This document shows, in pieces, positions 62,922 to 64,000 of a stretch of 64,000 nucleotides of DNA. This stretch comes from a virus (taxonomy: Duplodnaviria; Caudoviricetes), in IMG/VR virus record IMGVR_UViG_3300017766_001583, positions 2,452-66,451 of that record. The stretch is one strand, 5' to 3'. The translations under genes were made by a program, and so were the position numbers. The notes below the pieces were generated by a model, which saw nothing but the letters and a program-made list of their open reading frames with translations, ran no database searches and was not told the DNA's origin. Numbering within the stretch: position 1 is the stretch's first letter; each line of letters starts with the position of its first letter.

Positions 62922-63946
62922 GCTTTTCCTTCCAGAGCTTCAATACGGGCGCGAAGGCGCTGCACTTCTTTAGCAAGTTCGACACAAGCTACAAGGGCAG
63001 CATTACCGTAGGAAACCGCCAAAAATCCGTTTTCGCCTTCGTGAACCGCTTCGGGGAGAATCTTCTGTAAAGACTGCGCGGTAACACCAACCTGTCGGGC
63101 ACCGGAACTAATCTTCGTATAGGTACCGTACTTAACACCCGCAAGACCTTCTAGAAATCCTACGTCTAAATCACCCCAGTCTTCCTTAAGACGTTCATCC
63201 GAAGTGGCAATAAAGTCGGTAGCATACACGTAGTCGGCATTTGGATTACAGTAAATACCATCGGTATTATAAAGACTGCTACCCGAGTTCCACACCATCC
63301 GGTATGTACTAGCGGCGTTGCTGTCAGTAACCGTGATGTTGGTTGCGTTTGTTGCGTTTGTTGCGTTTGTTGCAGTTGTTGCACTACCCGCAGTTGTTGC
63401 AAAAGCGACGGATGCCCCGTCAACATACTGCTTGGTCGCCGCGCCTAGCGCAACCGAAGGGTTTGCATTAAGGACGAGCGCCCCGGTCATCGTATCCCCA
63501 GCCTTGTTTACTGGGGTGTAGCCAAGCGCAGTCTGCTTGGCACTGAACGGGTCAATGACGTTCGTCCCGTCGCAGTAAACGATAGCCGTAGCGCCATTAG
63601 CTACAGTGACAGTCGTGCCACTGCCAGTCGTCATAACGATGTTTTGACTGCCGGTTGTGGCGTTACGCACCACATAGAGCTTTTGCTTGGCAGGGCAAAC
63701 AACATTACATGCCACCGATAGCGTGCCGAGGATCCTTAGGGCCATCGACCTAGATTCATAAGCCGTTCCATTTGGGGAGCTTACTAGGGTGTACGATGCG
63801 CCGCTAACAGTAACGTCGGACTGCGCTGCGATAGCCTGCTCTAACAGCGTGCCAAGATTGTTGTTAGTGGTGTTGCCCCAGTTTCCAGATTGCTCGCCGG
63901 TCTGGATTAGCTCAATGCCTAGCAGGCTTGAATACGATGACGGCAT
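62918..63946 (-). CDS. Tail fibre with C-terminal peptidase S74 intramolecular chaperone
   Basis: YTPVNKAGDTMTGAL fibre motif, ATNATNAT repeats, SDERLK...GVTAQ...LAVSYG. Confidence 0.85.
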   Translation of the reverse strand: MPSSYSSLLGIELIQTGEQSGNWGNTTNNNLGTLLEQAIAAQSDVTVSGASYTLVSSPNGTAYESRSMALRILGTLSVACNVVCPAKQKLYVVRNATTGSQNIVMTTGSGTTVTVANGATAIVYCDGTNVIDPFSAKQTALGYTPVNKAGDTMTGALVLNANPSVALGAATKQYVDGASVAFATTAGSATTATNATNATNATNITVTDSNAASTYRMVWNSGSSLYNTDGIYCNPNADYVYATDFIATSDERLKEDWGDLDVGFLEGLAGVKYGTYTKISSGARQVGVTAQSLQKILPEAVHEGENGFLAVSYGNAALVACVELAKEVQRLRARIEALEGKA

Positions 63947-63947
63947 C

Positions 63948-64000
63948 TTAGTTTGCTCTCAAAATTGCTGATGCAGGGGCTGGCGTCGGCATCTGAATAA
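63948..64000 (-). CDS. 3' end of an upstream tail protein (partial)
   Basis: ...IQMPTPAPASAILRAN* ending 1 nt before the fibre start. Confidence 0.5.
   Translation of the reverse strand, partial: IQMPTPAPASAILRAN

Noticed and set aside
63342-63373. 9-bp tandem repeat as a phase-variation tract
   Set aside because: In-frame ATN linker repeats in a fibre; slippage would not switch the gene off
1-64000. tRNA/rRNA genes, integrase/att site, stop-codon reassignment
   Set aside because: No cloverleaf or T-loop signatures noticed, no recombinase; genes tile normally under code 11 with all three stops used (by-eye check only, tRNAscan not run)

Overview
The whole window is a tailed dsDNA bacteriophage. 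It looks podovirus-like and of the aquatic environmental type; the host cannot be determined, though a proteobacterium is plausible. Both window ends fall inside the same minus-strand structural module, so this is probably most of a circularly permuted genome (inference). Layout: (1) 1-27.4 kb, minus strand: tail/adhesin cassette, small basic head proteins, a glycosyltransferase/methyltransferase pair, decoration proteins, major capsid, scaffold, GroES, portal, TerL, TerS, plus three free-standing homing endonucleases. (2) 27.5-32.3 kb, plus strand: a GC-richer early island with a sigma70 promoter, a type II hammerhead ribozyme, a repeated two-hairpin leader and an AcrIII-1 (DUF1874) ring-nuclease homologue. 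(3) 32.2-43.1 kb, minus strand: Toprim primase, SF2 helicase, ParB-like protein, SSB, ERF and a PD-(D/E)XK exonuclease, with several repeat and structured-RNA elements. (4) rusA on the plus strand. (5) 43.5-64 kb, minus strand: a 3117-aa polyvalent ejection protein, other ejection proteins, a GNAT, nozzle, holin/endolysin, a radical SAM/SPASM enzyme next to a Cys-rich tail-tip protein, and an S74-chaperone tail fibre. The best candidate for an undescribed system is RiPP-like post-translational modification of virion proteins: the rSAM/SPASM enzyme with an (N/D)C-rich tail-tip substrate, and leader-peptide ejection proteins beside a GNAT. All family calls come from motif recognition by eye; no searches were run. 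No tRNA, rRNA, CRISPR array, integrase or DNA polymerase was seen.
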